A stretch of 55,905 nt of DNA from Candidatus Enterocloster faecavium (GCA_019118585.1 DWYS01000033.1:1-55905); one strand, 5' to 3'; counted from the stretch's first letter, positions 19,202 through 30,002 are shown. Notes: a model not told the origin generated them from the sequence alone. A program made the numbers and translations.

Positions 19202-20593
19202 CTATCCGTAGACCCACACAGAAGCAGCTGTCAGGATCGTCTGCAAAACCGCCATCATCACAAAAAGAGGCGTAATAAAGCGATACCATTTATTCACCGG
19301 CACTCCCATCAGGCCGCAGCCCAGGATACAGGCCGTTGGCCAAAACAGATCGGAAAATCCGTCTCCAAATATATAAGCCAGCACCGCTGTCTGTCTGCTC
19401 AGTCCCACCAGATCCGCCACTGGCGCCATAATTGGCATAGTGATGGTCGCCTGGCTGGAGGAACCGGTAATAAAAAAGTTGATGATATTCTGGATCACCA
19501 GCATCCCTACTGCAGACAGGCTCTTGCTGCTCCCGTCCAGCAGCTGGGACAGATAGTAAACGACCGTATCCGAGATCTGCGCATCCTGCATCACCAGCAG
19601 AATGCCTCTGGTAAACCCGATCACCAGAACAGAGGAAACCATGCTCTGGGTAGAACGTATAAAACTCTTGCAGATTTCAGTGGCCGAATAGCCTCCCACG
19701 ATCCCCGTTATGATCATCATCATCAGGAACAGAGCCGCAATCTCATCAATATACCACCCCAGCCTGGTCGTTCCATAGAGAAGCATACCGATGGTCGCTG
19801 CAAACAACAGCAGGGACAGCTTCTGGCGGAGGCTCATTCCATCCCCGGATATTTCCGGCATCGGAGGCGTATCCGTCGCCACCCCATACATCACGGATTT
19901 TTCCGGATGGGCCTTGATCCTGGCCCCGTACCACATGACATAGATGATGGAGACCGTCTGGAAGATCACAAAGCAGAAAATCCTATACCCCAGGCCCGAC
20001 ATGGCCGGCAGCTGGGCGATGCTCTCGGCAATTCCTACCGAAAAGGGATTGGTGGTAGCCGCCGCGAAGCCGGTCGCTACCCCTACGTAGACAATCGCGC
20101 CTCCCAGCATGACGTCGTATCCCAATCCCACGGCGATCCCTCCGAAAACAGGGATCAGTCCGTAGACCTCCTCAAAAATCCCCATGGTAGATCCCAAAAT
20201 GCCGAAAACCAGCATACAGACGGGAATCAACAGATGGGTACGGTCTCCCAGGCGGCGGATCAATACTTGGATCATCTGACTTAACGTTCCGTTCTCCGTC
20301 AGGATATAGATATAGCCATAGGCGAAGAGGATCAGGAACAGAATATCCGCCGCGCTGACATATCCTCTCTGGAGGGCCAGGAAAATGTCAAAAAATCCGG
20401 GCCGGACTCCCTCTGTATAGTGGAAGGAATCCGGAATTACCACCATCCGCCCGCTGGCGGCGTCCAAAACCCGCTCATACTCCCCGGCAGGGATCACGTA
20501 GGTCAGGGCCGCCGTAATTAACAGGATGATGGTGAGGATCACATAGGTGTGGGGCATATGAAAACGGGCCAGCTTTTCTTTTAACCTTCCCAT
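19202..20593 (-). CDS. YfcC-family (DcuC/ArcD-like) secondary transporter, paralog 2
   Basis: MPHTYVIL, IPAGEY, NPFSVGIA, NFFITGSSSQA, FGDGFSD.FWPT; many TM helices. Confidence 0.88.
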   Translation of the reverse strand: MGRLKEKLARFHMPHTYVILTIILLITAALTYVIPAGEYERVLDAASGRMVVIPDSFHYTEGVRPGFFDIFLALQRGYVSAADILFLILFAYGYIYILTENGTLSQMIQVLIRRLGDRTHLLIPVCMLVFGILGSTMGIFEEVYGLIPVFGGIAVGLGYDVMLGGAIVYVGVATGFAAATTNPFSVGIAESIAQLPAMSGLGYRIFCFVIFQTVSIIYVMWYGARIKAHPEKSVMYGVATDTPPMPEISGDGMSLRQKLSLLLFAATIGMLLYGTTRLGWYIDEIAALFLMMMIITGIVGGYSATEICKSFIRSTQSMVSSVLVIGFTRGILLVMQDAQISDTVVYYLSQLLDGSSKSLSAVGMLVIQNIINFFITGSSSQATITMPIMAPVADLVGLSRQTAVLAYIFGDGFSDLFWPTACILGCGLMGVPVNKWYRFITPLFVMMAVLQTILTAASVWVYG

Positions 20594-20606
20594 ACTGCTC
20601 CTCTCC

Positions 20607-21743
20607 TCAGCCTTTCATCCGCTCCCCTTCAATGTAGGTCTGAAGCACCTGGGTATCATAGGCAAAGGGATGGCTGCTCCAGATTACCAAATCCGCATCG
20701 TATCCCGCCTTCAGATCGCCCTTGCGGTCTCCGATCCTCAGGACCTGAGCCGGATTCCTGGTAATCGCTTTCAGAGCCTCCAACTCATCCATCCCCGCAC
20801 GGACTGACTGGGCCGCGTACACAGACAGATAATAAATGGGGGTCACATCATGATCGGCAGTCAGGCAGACCGGGATTGATTTTCCGCTAAGCACCCCTGC
20901 GGTCTCAAAACAGCGCGCCATGCTCTCCAGCTTGCTCCTCGGGTACATGGTAGGTCCTAAGATCACCGGATAATCAAACCCGGCCAGATAGTCCGCAATG
21001 GAAATTCCGTCCGTGCAGTGGATAATTACCAAATCCAGATCGTATTCCTGGGCAATGCGGATGGCAGTGCACACATCATCCGCCCTGTGTGCATGAGCAT
21101 GGAGAGGCATCTTTTTCTCCAGCACCAGGCACATATTTTCCATGCCAATATCCCGTTTGAAGTAGCTGCCGGCCTTTTGGGCTTCCTCTCTCTGATGGCG
21201 GTAGTCAAGCGCATCCTCAATGCATTTTCTGAGAAGATAGGCGTTGCCCATCCTGGACTTAAAACTGTACCCCGCATTTTTGGGGTTTTCTCCGAAGCTG
21301 CATTTCATGGCTGCCTTGCGCAGGACCACCATCTCGTCCGCCACTTTGCCCTTCAGGCTGATGACGCTGCAGACGCCTCCTACCACGCTGTCGCTTCCGG
21401 GGCAGACGCAGGCTGTGGTCACTCCCCCTTCCACAGCCGTTTTGACCGCCAGGTCAAAGGGGTTGATCCCATCGATCACTTCCAGATAAGGCATCAGGGC
21501 ATCGCTGTAGTCGTTGCAGTCATCTCCGATGGCTCCCCTGCCTTCTTCGCTGATGCAGATATGGCTGTGGGCATCGATCAGTCCCGGGGTAATGTATTTT
21601 CCCTCAGCTTCCACTACCGTCTCGCCCGGACCGGCCTGCAGCCCGGTGCCAATCTCCTTGATTTTTTTCCCTTCGATCCGGATATCCCGAATCACAAATC
21701 CGCCTTCTTCAAACAGCAGTACATTTCCACCCTTAATCAGCAT
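20607..21743 (-). CDS. Metal-dependent amidohydrolase
   Basis: ITPGLIDAHSH, KCSFGENPK, HAHRADD, IIHCTDG, TADH, GYDADLVIW. Confidence 0.9.
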   Translation of the reverse strand: MLIKGGNVLLFEEGGFVIRDIRIEGKKIKEIGTGLQAGPGETVVEAEGKYITPGLIDAHSHICISEEGRGAIGDDCNDYSDALMPYLEVIDGINPFDLAVKTAVEGGVTTACVCPGSDSVVGGVCSVISLKGKVADEMVVLRKAAMKCSFGENPKNAGYSFKSRMGNAYLLRKCIEDALDYRHQREEAQKAGSYFKRDIGMENMCLVLEKKMPLHAHAHRADDVCTAIRIAQEYDLDLVIIHCTDGISIADYLAGFDYPVILGPTMYPRSKLESMARCFETAGVLSGKSIPVCLTADHDVTPIYYLSVYAAQSVRAGMDELEALKAITRNPAQVLRIGDRKGDLKAGYDADLVIWSSHPFAYDTQVLQTYIEGERMKG

Positions 21744-21755
21744 ACAATCAACCTC

Positions 21756-23168
21756 CTAACAATATCCGATGGCTACCGCTATGGTCATGAAGATCACTTC
21801 CAGTACCAGCACGATCCCGAAAAACGGGGTAATAAACTTATACCATTTATTAATGGGCAGGCCCATCAGGCCGCAGTAAAGAGCGCAGGACGTAGGCCAG
21901 AACATATCCGCAAAACCATTTCCAAACTGATAAGCCAGAACGGCGATCTGCTTGCTGAGTCCGATCAGCTCAGCCGTAGGAGCCATGATCGGCATGGTGA
22001 TCGTTGCCTGGCTGGAGGAACCGGTGATGAAGAACTTGATGATATTCTGCAGAAACAGCATGCCGTAAGCTGCTACATATTTGCTGGTTCCGGAAAGCAG
22101 GGACACCAGATAATACACGATCGTATCGGAGATCATGCCGTCCTGCATCACGATCAGGATTCCTCTGGTAAATCCTACAATCAGCATGGAAGACACCATG
22201 GATTTGGTGGATTCGATAAAGGTCTTGCAGATTTCCGTAGCGGAGTAGCCGCTGGCAATCCCGGTGAAGATCATCATCATCAGGAACATAGCCGCGATCT
22301 CGTCAATGTACCAGCCCAGCTGGGTCGTGGCATACAGCAGCGTTCCCAGGGTAATAAAGAAGATGCACAGGCAGATTTTCTGTCGGGTATTCATCTTGGC
22401 TCCCGTCAGATCTTCCAGGCTCTTGTTCTGGACATAATCATTTTCCTGTCCGTACATGATGGACTTGGTAGGGTCAGCCTTTACCTTTCTGGCGTAGTTC
22501 AGTACATAGAGGATCGCCGCCAGCTCAAAGACCACCAGGATCACTACCCTGAGCCCCAGACCGGAAAACATGGGTACTCCTGCCACATCCTGGGCAATGC
22601 CGATGGTATAGGGGTTAAAGGTACCTGAAGCGTAGCCGATGATGACGCCCAGGCAGACCATTGCCCCTCCCACTACCGCATCATAGCCTAATGCCACGGA
22701 GATTCCGACAAACACAGGAAACAGGCCGTAAACCTCTTCAAAAATTCCCATTGTTGAGCTCAAAATTCCCAGGGTGATCATTACAATGGGAATCATCAGA
22801 TAAACCTTTTTGCCCACGATCCTCGCCAAAGTTCCCAGAGCCGTATCCATGGTGCCGTTCTTAACCATCATGTATACAAATCCATAAGCGAAAATGATCA
22901 GGAACATAATGTTGGCCGCATCCACATATCCCTTCTGAAGAGAAAGGAAAATATCAAAAAATCCAGGAGCTTTAATATCCACAAAATGGAAGCTGCCCGG
23001 AACGACTACCATTTTCCCTGATACCGGGTCCTCTACCCGCTCGTATTCCCCTGCGGGGATAATGTGGGTCAGGATCGTCATGATCACCAGGATCGTGATC
23101 AGGATTACATAGGTGTGAGGCATCTTCACCCGCTCATACCAGTGCTTTTTCTCTGTTGTGTCACTCAT
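21756..23168 (-). CDS. YfcC-family secondary transporter, paralog 1
   Basis: Same motifs as 19202-20593 (MPHTYVIL, IPAGEY, NPYTIGIA, FFITGSSSQA, FWPT). Confidence 0.88.
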   Translation of the reverse strand: MSDTTEKKHWYERVKMPHTYVILITILVIMTILTHIIPAGEYERVEDPVSGKMVVVPGSFHFVDIKAPGFFDIFLSLQKGYVDAANIMFLIIFAYGFVYMMVKNGTMDTALGTLARIVGKKVYLMIPIVMITLGILSSTMGIFEEVYGLFPVFVGISVALGYDAVVGGAMVCLGVIIGYASGTFNPYTIGIAQDVAGVPMFSGLGLRVVILVVFELAAILYVLNYARKVKADPTKSIMYGQENDYVQNKSLEDLTGAKMNTRQKICLCIFFITLGTLLYATTQLGWYIDEIAAMFLMMMIFTGIASGYSATEICKTFIESTKSMVSSMLIVGFTRGILIVMQDGMISDTIVYYLVSLLSGTSKYVAAYGMLFLQNIIKFFITGSSSQATITMPIMAPTAELIGLSKQIAVLAYQFGNGFADMFWPTSCALYCGLMGLPINKWYKFITPFFGIVLVLEVIFMTIAVAIGYC

Positions 23169-23203
23169 ATGTATGTCCCTCCTCGTTCGTATTCATCAGA
23201 CTT

Positions 23204-23212
23204 ATTATACCA
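23204..23212 (-). promoter_or_regulatory. Possible internal extended -10 promoter for yfcC-amidohydrolase-yfcC
   Basis: Minus strand TGGTATAAT about 36 nt upstream of the YfcC start; no clear -35. Confidence 0.4.
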
Positions 23213-23265
23213 AAGCATTTCTGCCATTTCTACCTGTTTTTCCAATATCTTCCGCCCGGCTTGCC

Positions 23266-24225
23266 TTAGAGCTCCCGCTGAAAGAACAACCGGCCGTTCT
23301 CCCCGTCCATCCGGCAGACAGTCCCCATCGGGATCGTACCCATAGGCTTTCCGTGGTCGGAGCAGACCCGGTACAGAACCGGAATCCGGTAATCCCGGAA
23401 CCGGTCATGAAGAAATTCCTCCAGGGAATAAGAACCATCGTAGCGGCTGTTGTCGCAGCCCTCAAAATTTCCCAGGACGATGCCCGCCGCGTATTCCATC
23501 ATCCCGGCATCTTCCAGATGGGTAATGTACATATCCAGCCGCGGAATGGTCTCCTCAATATCTTCCAGAAAAAGGATTTTTCCTCTGGTATCAGGCTGGT
23601 AGAAGGTTCCGATGGAACCTACGATCAACGACAGGTTTCCCCCGGTAATCTGCCCCCGGGCCTGTCCCTTTCTCAGTACGCCGACAGCCGGCTTCTCCGG
23701 AGGATTGAGAAATTCCACCTCCTGTCCCGGCTCCATCTCCATCGCCCTTCTCAGGCTCTCCCTGCTGTAATCGTCATATCCGGCCAGCATATTGGACACC
23801 ACCATCGGACCATGAAAGGTTACCAGGCCGCAAATCTGGTTGAGAACGGTGTGAAGATTGGTCAGATCACTGTACCCCACGAAAATTTTCGGATTTTTCC
23901 GGATCAAATCGTAGTCCAGATACTTCATAATGTGGGCGCTGCCGTATCCGCCCCGGACGCAGAAAACAGCCTTGATCTCAGGGTCCGCAAACATCCGGTT
24001 CAAATCCTCTGCCCTCTTCTTCGCATCCCCGGCCAGATAACCGTGAAAATCATACAGCTCCTTTAAACACGCTCCCATCGTCACATGGTAACCCATGCGC
24101 TCCAGCAAAGCGGCGCCGGCATCCCGCTTCTCCTCCGAAACGGGAAATGCCGGCGCTGCCAGCCCGATGGTATCGCCCGGTTTCAGCTTCTCAGGAAATA
24201 CCATAGGTTCTACCTCTCTTTTCAA
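23266..24225 (-). CDS. Peptidase S66, LD-carboxypeptidase (LdcA/YkfA-like)
   Basis: RGGYG, GYSD (catalytic Ser), FHGPM, GGNL, LFLED (Glu), and C-terminal 'DHG' (His). Start may be at 24225 or 8 codons downstream. Confidence 0.92.
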   Translation of the reverse strand: MKREVEPMVFPEKLKPGDTIGLAAPAFPVSEEKRDAGAALLERMGYHVTMGACLKELYDFHGYLAGDAKKRAEDLNRMFADPEIKAVFCVRGGYGSAHIMKYLDYDLIRKNPKIFVGYSDLTNLHTVLNQICGLVTFHGPMVVSNMLAGYDDYSRESLRRAMEMEPGQEVEFLNPPEKPAVGVLRKGQARGQITGGNLSLIVGSIGTFYQPDTRGKILFLEDIEETIPRLDMYITHLEDAGMMEYAAGIVLGNFEGCDNSRYDGSYSLEEFLHDRFRDYRIPVLYRVCSDHGKPMGTIPMGTVCRMDGENGRLFFQREL

Positions 24226-24258
24226 TCAAATCTGTGCCGCTTCGTACGGTCAAACCAT

Positions 24259-25917
24259 TTATTTAGATGCATGGACAAACATGGTATGTCCCAGCACGTT
24301 CTTTTCCAGTCCGCTGACAGTTGGCTTTACCAACAGCTGGGTATTGCGGAAGTACAGGGGCATGATGGGCATCTCCTCCATCAGCAGCTTCTCAGCCTCC
24401 GTAAAGATTTCCATTCTCTGGCTGTTGTCCGTCAGGTTCCGGCACTCCTCGATCATGGAATCGTACTCCAGGGCCTTGTCGCCGCTCCAGCGGTTCTCAT
24501 CAAATACGCGGGCCTGGGTAAAGCAGTTTAAGTTGGTGTCCGGGTCCAGATAATCTCCGGTCCATCCATCATATGCCACATCAAAGTTTCCTGCCGCGTG
24601 CTCATCCCAGTACACCTTATCCTCGTAGGTCACGATTTCCGTCTGAACTCCCAGGTTCTCCTTCCACATAGCCTGGATCACCTGAGCCGTATCCTTATTC
24701 TCCTGGCTGTTGGTCACCATCAGAGTCAGGACCGGAAGCCCCTCTCCATTGGGATAACCAGCATCCGCCAGCAGCTGCTTCGCCTGCTCCACATCCTCTG
24801 TAATCAAATCTCCTACCGTGGTGCGGAAATCGGTATCAGAGCCCTCATAGGGGATTCCATAGGGAACATAGGCATAGGCCGGCTTCGGCTTGGAGGGAAC
24901 TACGGAGTCACAGATGGTCTGGCGGCTGATGGCCATGGACAGCGCTCTGCGCACTCTCGGATCTGACAAATACTCCTTTGAGCAGTTGAAATCATAGTAT
25001 CTGGTTCCGATCAGATCGTAGGATTTCAGCTCATCGCTGTCACCGTACTGCTCAATCGCCTGGGTGGCAACCAATCCGTCGGCCATCGCATCGATCTCAC
25101 CGGAATTGTAGGCAGAGAGGGCCGCCTCCGGGGACTCAATAAATACTACATTGACCCCGTCCAACTCAACGGCATCCGCATCATAGTAGTTGGGATTCTT
25201 GACCAGAACATAACTGCTCTGAGGATTGATCTCAGACATCATGAAGGGACCGTTGCATACATAGGTATCTGCGGATTTGGTCCAAACCTCATCGCCTTCC
25301 ACCACATCCTGCTTTACCGGGAAGAAGTTGGTTCCTGCCAGCAGATAGAGGAAATAAGCCGTGGGGGATTTTAATGTAACCTCCAGCGTCTTGTCATCCA
25401 CTGCCTTTACCGCGACATCCTCCGCAGAGCCGCCGCCGGTGTTATACTCCTCTGCCCCCTGAATATAATACAGCTCCCAGGAAGCCGGGGAGGCGGTTTC
25501 CGGATTCAGCACCCGCAGCCAGGAGTACACAAAATCCTGGGCCGTCAGGTCGCTTCCATCCGACCATTTCATTCCATCCTTTAACGTAAAGGTGTAGGTA
25601 AGGCCGTCCTCGCTGACCGTGTAGTCCTCACAGAGAGCATTGGAAAGGCTTCCGTCCGCCTCCATGCGGAACAGTCCGGCAAACAGATTCTGCAGCACGT
25701 TGGAAGAACGGCTGTAATTGTTCATCGTGGGGTCCAGTGTCTCCGGTTCCTGGTCCATGGCATAGACCAGAACATTTCCGTCTGCAGAGGACTCCTCCGC
25801 CTGGCCCTGGGCACTTTCTGACGGAGCGCTCGTCTCAGAATTCCCTGAGCCGCCGCAGCCGGCCAGTGCCGCCGCCACCAAACCTGCACATAACAGTAAG
25901 CTGATTTTTTTCTTCAT
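24259..25917 (-). CDS. oppA: Oligopeptide/dipeptide ABC transporter substrate-binding lipoprotein
   Basis: Lipobox LAG-C; family 5 solute-binding motifs EPETLDP, SEDGLTYTFTL, WSDG..LTAQDF, NGPF, KNPNYYD. Confidence 0.92.
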   Translation of the reverse strand: MKKKISLLLCAGLVAAALAGCGGSGNSETSAPSESAQGQAEESSADGNVLVYAMDQEPETLDPTMNNYSRSSNVLQNLFAGLFRMEADGSLSNALCEDYTVSEDGLTYTFTLKDGMKWSDGSDLTAQDFVYSWLRVLNPETASPASWELYYIQGAEEYNTGGGSAEDVAVKAVDDKTLEVTLKSPTAYFLYLLAGTNFFPVKQDVVEGDEVWTKSADTYVCNGPFMMSEINPQSSYVLVKNPNYYDADAVELDGVNVVFIESPEAALSAYNSGEIDAMADGLVATQAIEQYGDSDELKSYDLIGTRYYDFNCSKEYLSDPRVRRALSMAISRQTICDSVVPSKPKPAYAYVPYGIPYEGSDTDFRTTVGDLITEDVEQAKQLLADAGYPNGEGLPVLTLMVTNSQENKDTAQVIQAMWKENLGVQTEIVTYEDKVYWDEHAAGNFDVAYDGWTGDYLDPDTNLNCFTQARVFDENRWSGDKALEYDSMIEECRNLTDNSQRMEIFTEAEKLLMEEMPIMPLYFRNTQLLVKPTVSGLEKNVLGHTMFVHASK

Positions 25918-26005
25918 AATAACCTCCTTTTTGCATATATGGCTGGGCTGTCAAAAAGTATCTTGACCCCCGTGATGCACGGATTGCTCCATGCCAACGC
26001 AGCGA

Positions 26006-27007
26006 TCATAATGGTTTGATGTTTGTATGATATAAGTGGCAGGCCACTTTGTGGCCGCCGCCAACATCCATAAGTTCCGGTTTTTCCTGCCCGCAGATCT
26101 CCCTGGCAAAGGCACATCTGGCCTTAAAGGGACAGCCTGGCGGAGGGTCAATGGGCGATGGAACGTCTCCCTGGAGCACAATCCGGCTGCTCTCTCTCGC
26201 CTGAATGGGGTCTGCCACCGGCACTGCTGAGATCAGAGAGCGGGTGTATGGATGCAGCATATGGTCAAAAAGCTCATCCACCGGGGCATACTCGATCAGG
26301 TTTCCCAAATACATTACGCCTACCTGGTGAGAAATATGACGGACCATGGACAGATCGTGGGAAATAAACAGGTAGGTAAAGCCAAATCGCTCCTGAAGCT
26401 CCTCCAGAATATTGATCACCTGAGCCTGGATGGACACATCCAGAGCAGAGATCGGCTCATCGCAGACGATAAACTCTGGCTCCGCCGCCAATGCTCTGGC
26501 GATTCCGATCCTCTGACGCTGTCCTCCGGAAAACTCATGGGGATAGCGGTTTAAGTGGTCCGGCTTCAGACCTACCATCTGGATCAGTTCCCGCACCCGG
26601 TCTCTGCACTCGGCCGGTCCGTAAAGCTTCAATGCCCGGATAGGCTCAGCGATAATGGACTCGACCGTCATTCTGGGGTCCAGGGAAGTGTACGGGTCCT
26701 GGAAGATCATCTGCATCTTTTTCCGGAAGGGCAGCATCTGCGTGTCCGTAAGGTCCGTCAAATCCTCCCCCTGGAAAATGATTTTGCCTCCCGTGGGCTG
26801 ATACAGCTTTAAAATCGTCCGCCCCACGGTAGTTTTCCCGCATCCCGATTCTCCTACCAGACCCATGGTCTTTCCTTCCGGGATGGCAAAGGACACGCCG
26901 TCCACCGCTTTCAACTGTCTGGGTTTTGAGAACAATCCATTTTTTACAGGAAAATACATCTTCAGGTCCTGTACCTTCAGGCATGTCTTTTCATTTTGAC
27001 CGCTCAT
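26006..27007 (-). CDS. oppF: Peptide ABC transporter ATP-binding subunit
   Basis: [29 protein letters not shown]-terminal GCPF..RC Cys cluster. Confidence 0.92.
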   Translation of the reverse strand: MSGQNEKTCLKVQDLKMYFPVKNGLFSKPRQLKAVDGVSFAIPEGKTMGLVGESGCGKTTVGRTILKLYQPTGGKIIFQGEDLTDLTDTQMLPFRKKMQMIFQDPYTSLDPRMTVESIIAEPIRALKLYGPAECRDRVRELIQMVGLKPDHLNRYPHEFSGGQRQRIGIARALAAEPEFIVCDEPISALDVSIQAQVINILEELQERFGFTYLFISHDLSMVRHISHQVGVMYLGNLIEYAPVDELFDHMLHPYTRSLISAVPVADPIQARESSRIVLQGDVPSPIDPPPGCPFKARCAFAREICGQEKPELMDVGGGHKVACHLYHTNIKPL

Positions 27008-28008
27008 CCCAGCTTCACCTCCCCTCTTGCCGCCTTTACGGAGCGGTTGTGGAGCCAGCAGGCGCTCTCATGCTCCGGACCGATTTTGGTCAGCCCGGGA
27101 CAGAACTTCCGGCACAGTTCCATGGCATAAGGACACCGGGCCGCAAAGGGACAGCCCTCCGGAGGATTTAATAAGTCCGGCGGCGTTCCGTAGATCGGGA
27201 CCAGCTTTTCCCTGGTTTTCTTTGGGATAGAAGCCAGAAGGCCTGCCGTATAGGGGTGGCCGGTGCGGTAAAAAATATCCTCCAGGGAACCGGACTCCAT
27301 GATCAGGCCCCCATACATGACCAAAACCCGGCTGCACAGGCTGGAGATCACGCCCAGGTCATGGGTGATCAGAATGACGGACATGCTGCTCTGTTCCTTC
27401 ATCTGGCCGATCAGCTCCAAAATCTGGGCCTGGATCGTCACATCCAACGCTGTGGTCGGCTCATCTGCGATCAGAAGCTTGGGGCCGCAGCAAAGAGCAA
27501 TTGCAATCATCACCCTCTGCCGCATTCCGCCGGAAAGCTCATGTGGATACTGCTTCAGCCGCTTCTCAGGGCTTGGGATCCCCACCATTTCCAGAAGAGC
27601 CCTGGCTTTTTCATCGGCTTCCTTCCGCTTCATTTTCTTGTGGCGCATCAGAGGATTCCGTATCTGCTCGCCAATGGTAAACAAGGGATTCAGGCTGGTC
27701 ATGGGGTCCTGAAAAATCATGCCGATCTCATTTCCCTGGACCTTGCGCATCTCCTGGCTGGTTTTTCCCAGAAGGTCCTCCCCGTCCAGACGGATGGCCT
27801 CCGCCTCCATCCGGGCATTGTCCTCCAGAAGTCTCATGATGGAGAGCATGCTGACGCTTTTGCCGCAGCCGGACTCCCCCACAATTCCAAGACTCTCCCC
27901 CTTCTTCACATCAAAGGAAATCCCCCGCACCGCAGACACCTTTCCTGCCGCTGTGTCGAAGGCCGTATGAAGATTTCGCACTTCCAACAATAACTCGCTC
28001 ATGGACAT
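27004..28008 (-). CDS. oppD: Peptide ABC transporter ATP-binding subunit
   Basis: GESGCGKS, QDPMTSLNP, YPHELSGGMRQR, DEPTTALDVTIQ. Confidence 0.92.
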   Translation of the reverse strand: MSMSELLLEVRNLHTAFDTAAGKVSAVRGISFDVKKGESLGIVGESGCGKSVSMLSIMRLLEDNARMEAEAIRLDGEDLLGKTSQEMRKVQGNEIGMIFQDPMTSLNPLFTIGEQIRNPLMRHKKMKRKEADEKARALLEMVGIPSPEKRLKQYPHELSGGMRQRVMIAIALCCGPKLLIADEPTTALDVTIQAQILELIGQMKEQSSMSVILITHDLGVISSLCSRVLVMYGGLIMESGSLEDIFYRTGHPYTAGLLASIPKKTREKLVPIYGTPPDLLNPPEGCPFAARCPYAMELCRKFCPGLTKIGPEHESACWLHNRSVKAARGEVKLG

Positions 28009-28023
28009 TTCCTCCCGGGGATT

Positions 28024-28977
28024 CTACTTTTTCAGTCGCGGATCAAGGGCATCCCTCAGTCCGTCCCCTATAAAATTCAATGCAAAAATGGTGATGCTGA
28101 TGGCAAAGGCGGGAAACATCATCTGGTAGGGATAGGTAAACAGATATTCAATGGCATCATTTGCCAGAGTACCCCAGCTGGCCTTGGGAACCTGGATCCC
28201 GATTCCAAGGAAACTCAGGAAGGCTTCCTGGAAGATGGCCTGGGGGATCAGAAAGGTTACGGTCACGATGATGGAACCCATACTGTTTGGGATCAGATGG
28301 TGGATCAGGATCTGCCATTTGCTCTGGCCGCAGACCTTTGCCGCAAGGGCAAAATCCTGCTCCCGCAGGGTCAGGATCTGGCCACGCACCATCCGGGCCG
28401 TGGTAATCCAGAAGGTCAGGCACATGGCGATGAGGATACTCTGAATGGTATTGCCAAGAAACATCATGATCAAGATCAGATACAAAAGACTGGGAATTCC
28501 GCTCAAAATATCCACGATCCGCATCATGACCATATCCGTCATCCCGCCCATATATCCGGCGATCCCGCCGTAAAAGACGCCGATGACCATGTTGATGGCC
28601 GCCGCCGTAAAGCCGATGGTCAGGCTGATCCTGGCCCCGTACATGGTGCGGACGAAAATGTCCCTCCCCATCTTGTCCGTCCCGAAGGGATGAGCCAGGC
28701 TGGGCCACTCCAGCATATGTGCGAAATCAGTCTGGTCATAGGTATAGGGGGAAAACAGCGGCACAAAGATGGCCAGCAGCGTGATCACCACGATCACTCC
28801 CAGGCCGAACATAGCCAGTTTGTCCTTTTTCAGGCGGAGCCAGCAGTTTCTCCAGTAGGAGACGCTGGGCCGGTCAATCTCGTCCAGCTCCCGCTCGTCA
28901 TCCGCCAGCGGAGCCAGCAGCTCCTGAGGGATCTCATCCTCCATGGAGTATCCGCCCTGCTTCATATGATTTTCCAT
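28024..28977 (-). CDS. oppC: Peptide ABC transporter permease
   Basis: HPFGTD.MGRD, GARISL, EAFLSFLG.G, GDGLRDALDPR. Confidence 0.92.
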   Translation of the reverse strand: MENHMKQGGYSMEDEIPQELLAPLADDERELDEIDRPSVSYWRNCWLRLKKDKLAMFGLGVIVVITLLAIFVPLFSPYTYDQTDFAHMLEWPSLAHPFGTDKMGRDIFVRTMYGARISLTIGFTAAAINMVIGVFYGGIAGYMGGMTDMVMMRIVDILSGIPSLLYLILIMMFLGNTIQSILIAMCLTFWITTARMVRGQILTLREQDFALAAKVCGQSKWQILIHHLIPNSMGSIIVTVTFLIPQAIFQEAFLSFLGIGIQVPKASWGTLANDAIEYLFTYPYQMMFPAFAISITIFALNFIGDGLRDALDPRLKK

Positions 28978-28987
28978 TGAATGTCAC

Positions 28988-29914
28988 CTACTTTGTAATT
29001 TTCACTCTGGGGTCAATGATGGCATAGAGAATATCCACGATCAGATTGCATATGACAATCATCGTCCCCACAAATATGGTCAGTCCAAGTGTAACGGAAT
29101 AGTCCCGGTCGCTGATCGCGGAAACAAAGTATCTTCCAAGGCCGGGAATACTGAACAGCTTCTCAATAATAAAGGTTCCCGTCAGCAGAGCCGCCACCAT
29201 GGGTCCTACATAGGTTACCACCGGAAGGATCGAATTTTTCAGCGCGTATTTTCCAACCACCTGAAATTCCGGCACTCCCTTGGAACGCTCGGTACGGATG
29301 TAATCCTGTCTCATGGTTTCCAGCATGCTGGAGCGCATCAGCCTGGTTATGTAGGCGATCTGGGAAAATGCCATGCAGAATACCGGCAGAACATAATGTC
29401 TCCAGGAGGTCAGCCCATAGGACGGGAAGATCTTCCACTTTTCACAGAACAGATACATCATCAGCACGCAGACCACAAAGCTGGGAACCGACACGCCGAT
29501 GGTGGCAAAGACCATGGAACAGGCATCCGGCAGTTTTCCCCGCTTGACCGCAGCTACCATCCCCAGAGGGATTCCCACGGCCAGGGCTAAGATCACGCCC
29601 CAGGCGCCTACCGAAGCGGACACGGGGAAGCCGTTTGCGATCAGCTCGTTAACCGTCGTATCCTGCCGCTTAAAGGAGGTCCCCATATCTCCGTGAAGGA
29701 GATTATTCAGATATTTCACATACTGCACCGGAACCGGGTCGTTTAATCCGTACTTGTCCGCGATCTGGTCCAGAACCTTCTGGGGAACGTTCCTCTCCTC
29801 CGCCGGGCTGAAGGGCCCGCCGGGAATGGCATGCATCAGGAAAAATGTGATGGTCACCAGGACGAAAATCGAAACCAGTCCTGCTCCCAGACGTTTCAGA
29901 ATATATTTCAACAT
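28988..29914 (-). CDS. oppB: Peptide ABC transporter permease
   Basis: MLKYILKRL, PGGPF, QDYIRT..SKG, IE..F.IPGLG, DILYA.IDPR. Confidence 0.92.
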   Translation of the reverse strand: MLKYILKRLGAGLVSIFVLVTITFFLMHAIPGGPFSPAEERNVPQKVLDQIADKYGLNDPVPVQYVKYLNNLLHGDMGTSFKRQDTTVNELIANGFPVSASVGAWGVILALAVGIPLGMVAAVKRGKLPDACSMVFATIGVSVPSFVVCVLMMYLFCEKWKIFPSYGLTSWRHYVLPVFCMAFSQIAYITRLMRSSMLETMRQDYIRTERSKGVPEFQVVGKYALKNSILPVVTYVGPMVAALLTGTFIIEKLFSIPGLGRYFVSAISDRDYSVTLGLTIFVGTMIVICNLIVDILYAIIDPRVKITK

Positions 29915-30000
29915 ATGTTACCGCCTCCTGAAATTCCGGCCCTCCATTTCTGCCTTGGCCGCATAAAAAAACGATGCCCTCTCCCAACTTGAAGCGGCAT
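29908..30000 (-). other. Putative 30-aa leader peptide (uORF) upstream of oppB
   Basis: AAGGAGG-N7-ATG; MPLQVGRGHRFFMRPRQKWRAGISGGGNIC*; the stop codon overlaps the first codons of oppB. Confidence 0.4.
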
Positions 30001-30002
30001 CG
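29965..30002 (-). terminator. Terminator-like hairpin inside the opp leader (attenuator candidate)
   Basis: CGATGCC/GGCATCG stem followed by T7 on the minus strand, lying between the promoter and oppB. Confidence 0.55.

Noticed and set aside
21018-22628. 536-aa plus-strand ORF, and similar long antisense ORFs at 3731-4867, 12882-14054, 19163-20284 and 47029-47937
   Set aside because: All lie opposite well-supported genes and have the H/D/G/Q-rich composition typical of shadow frames.
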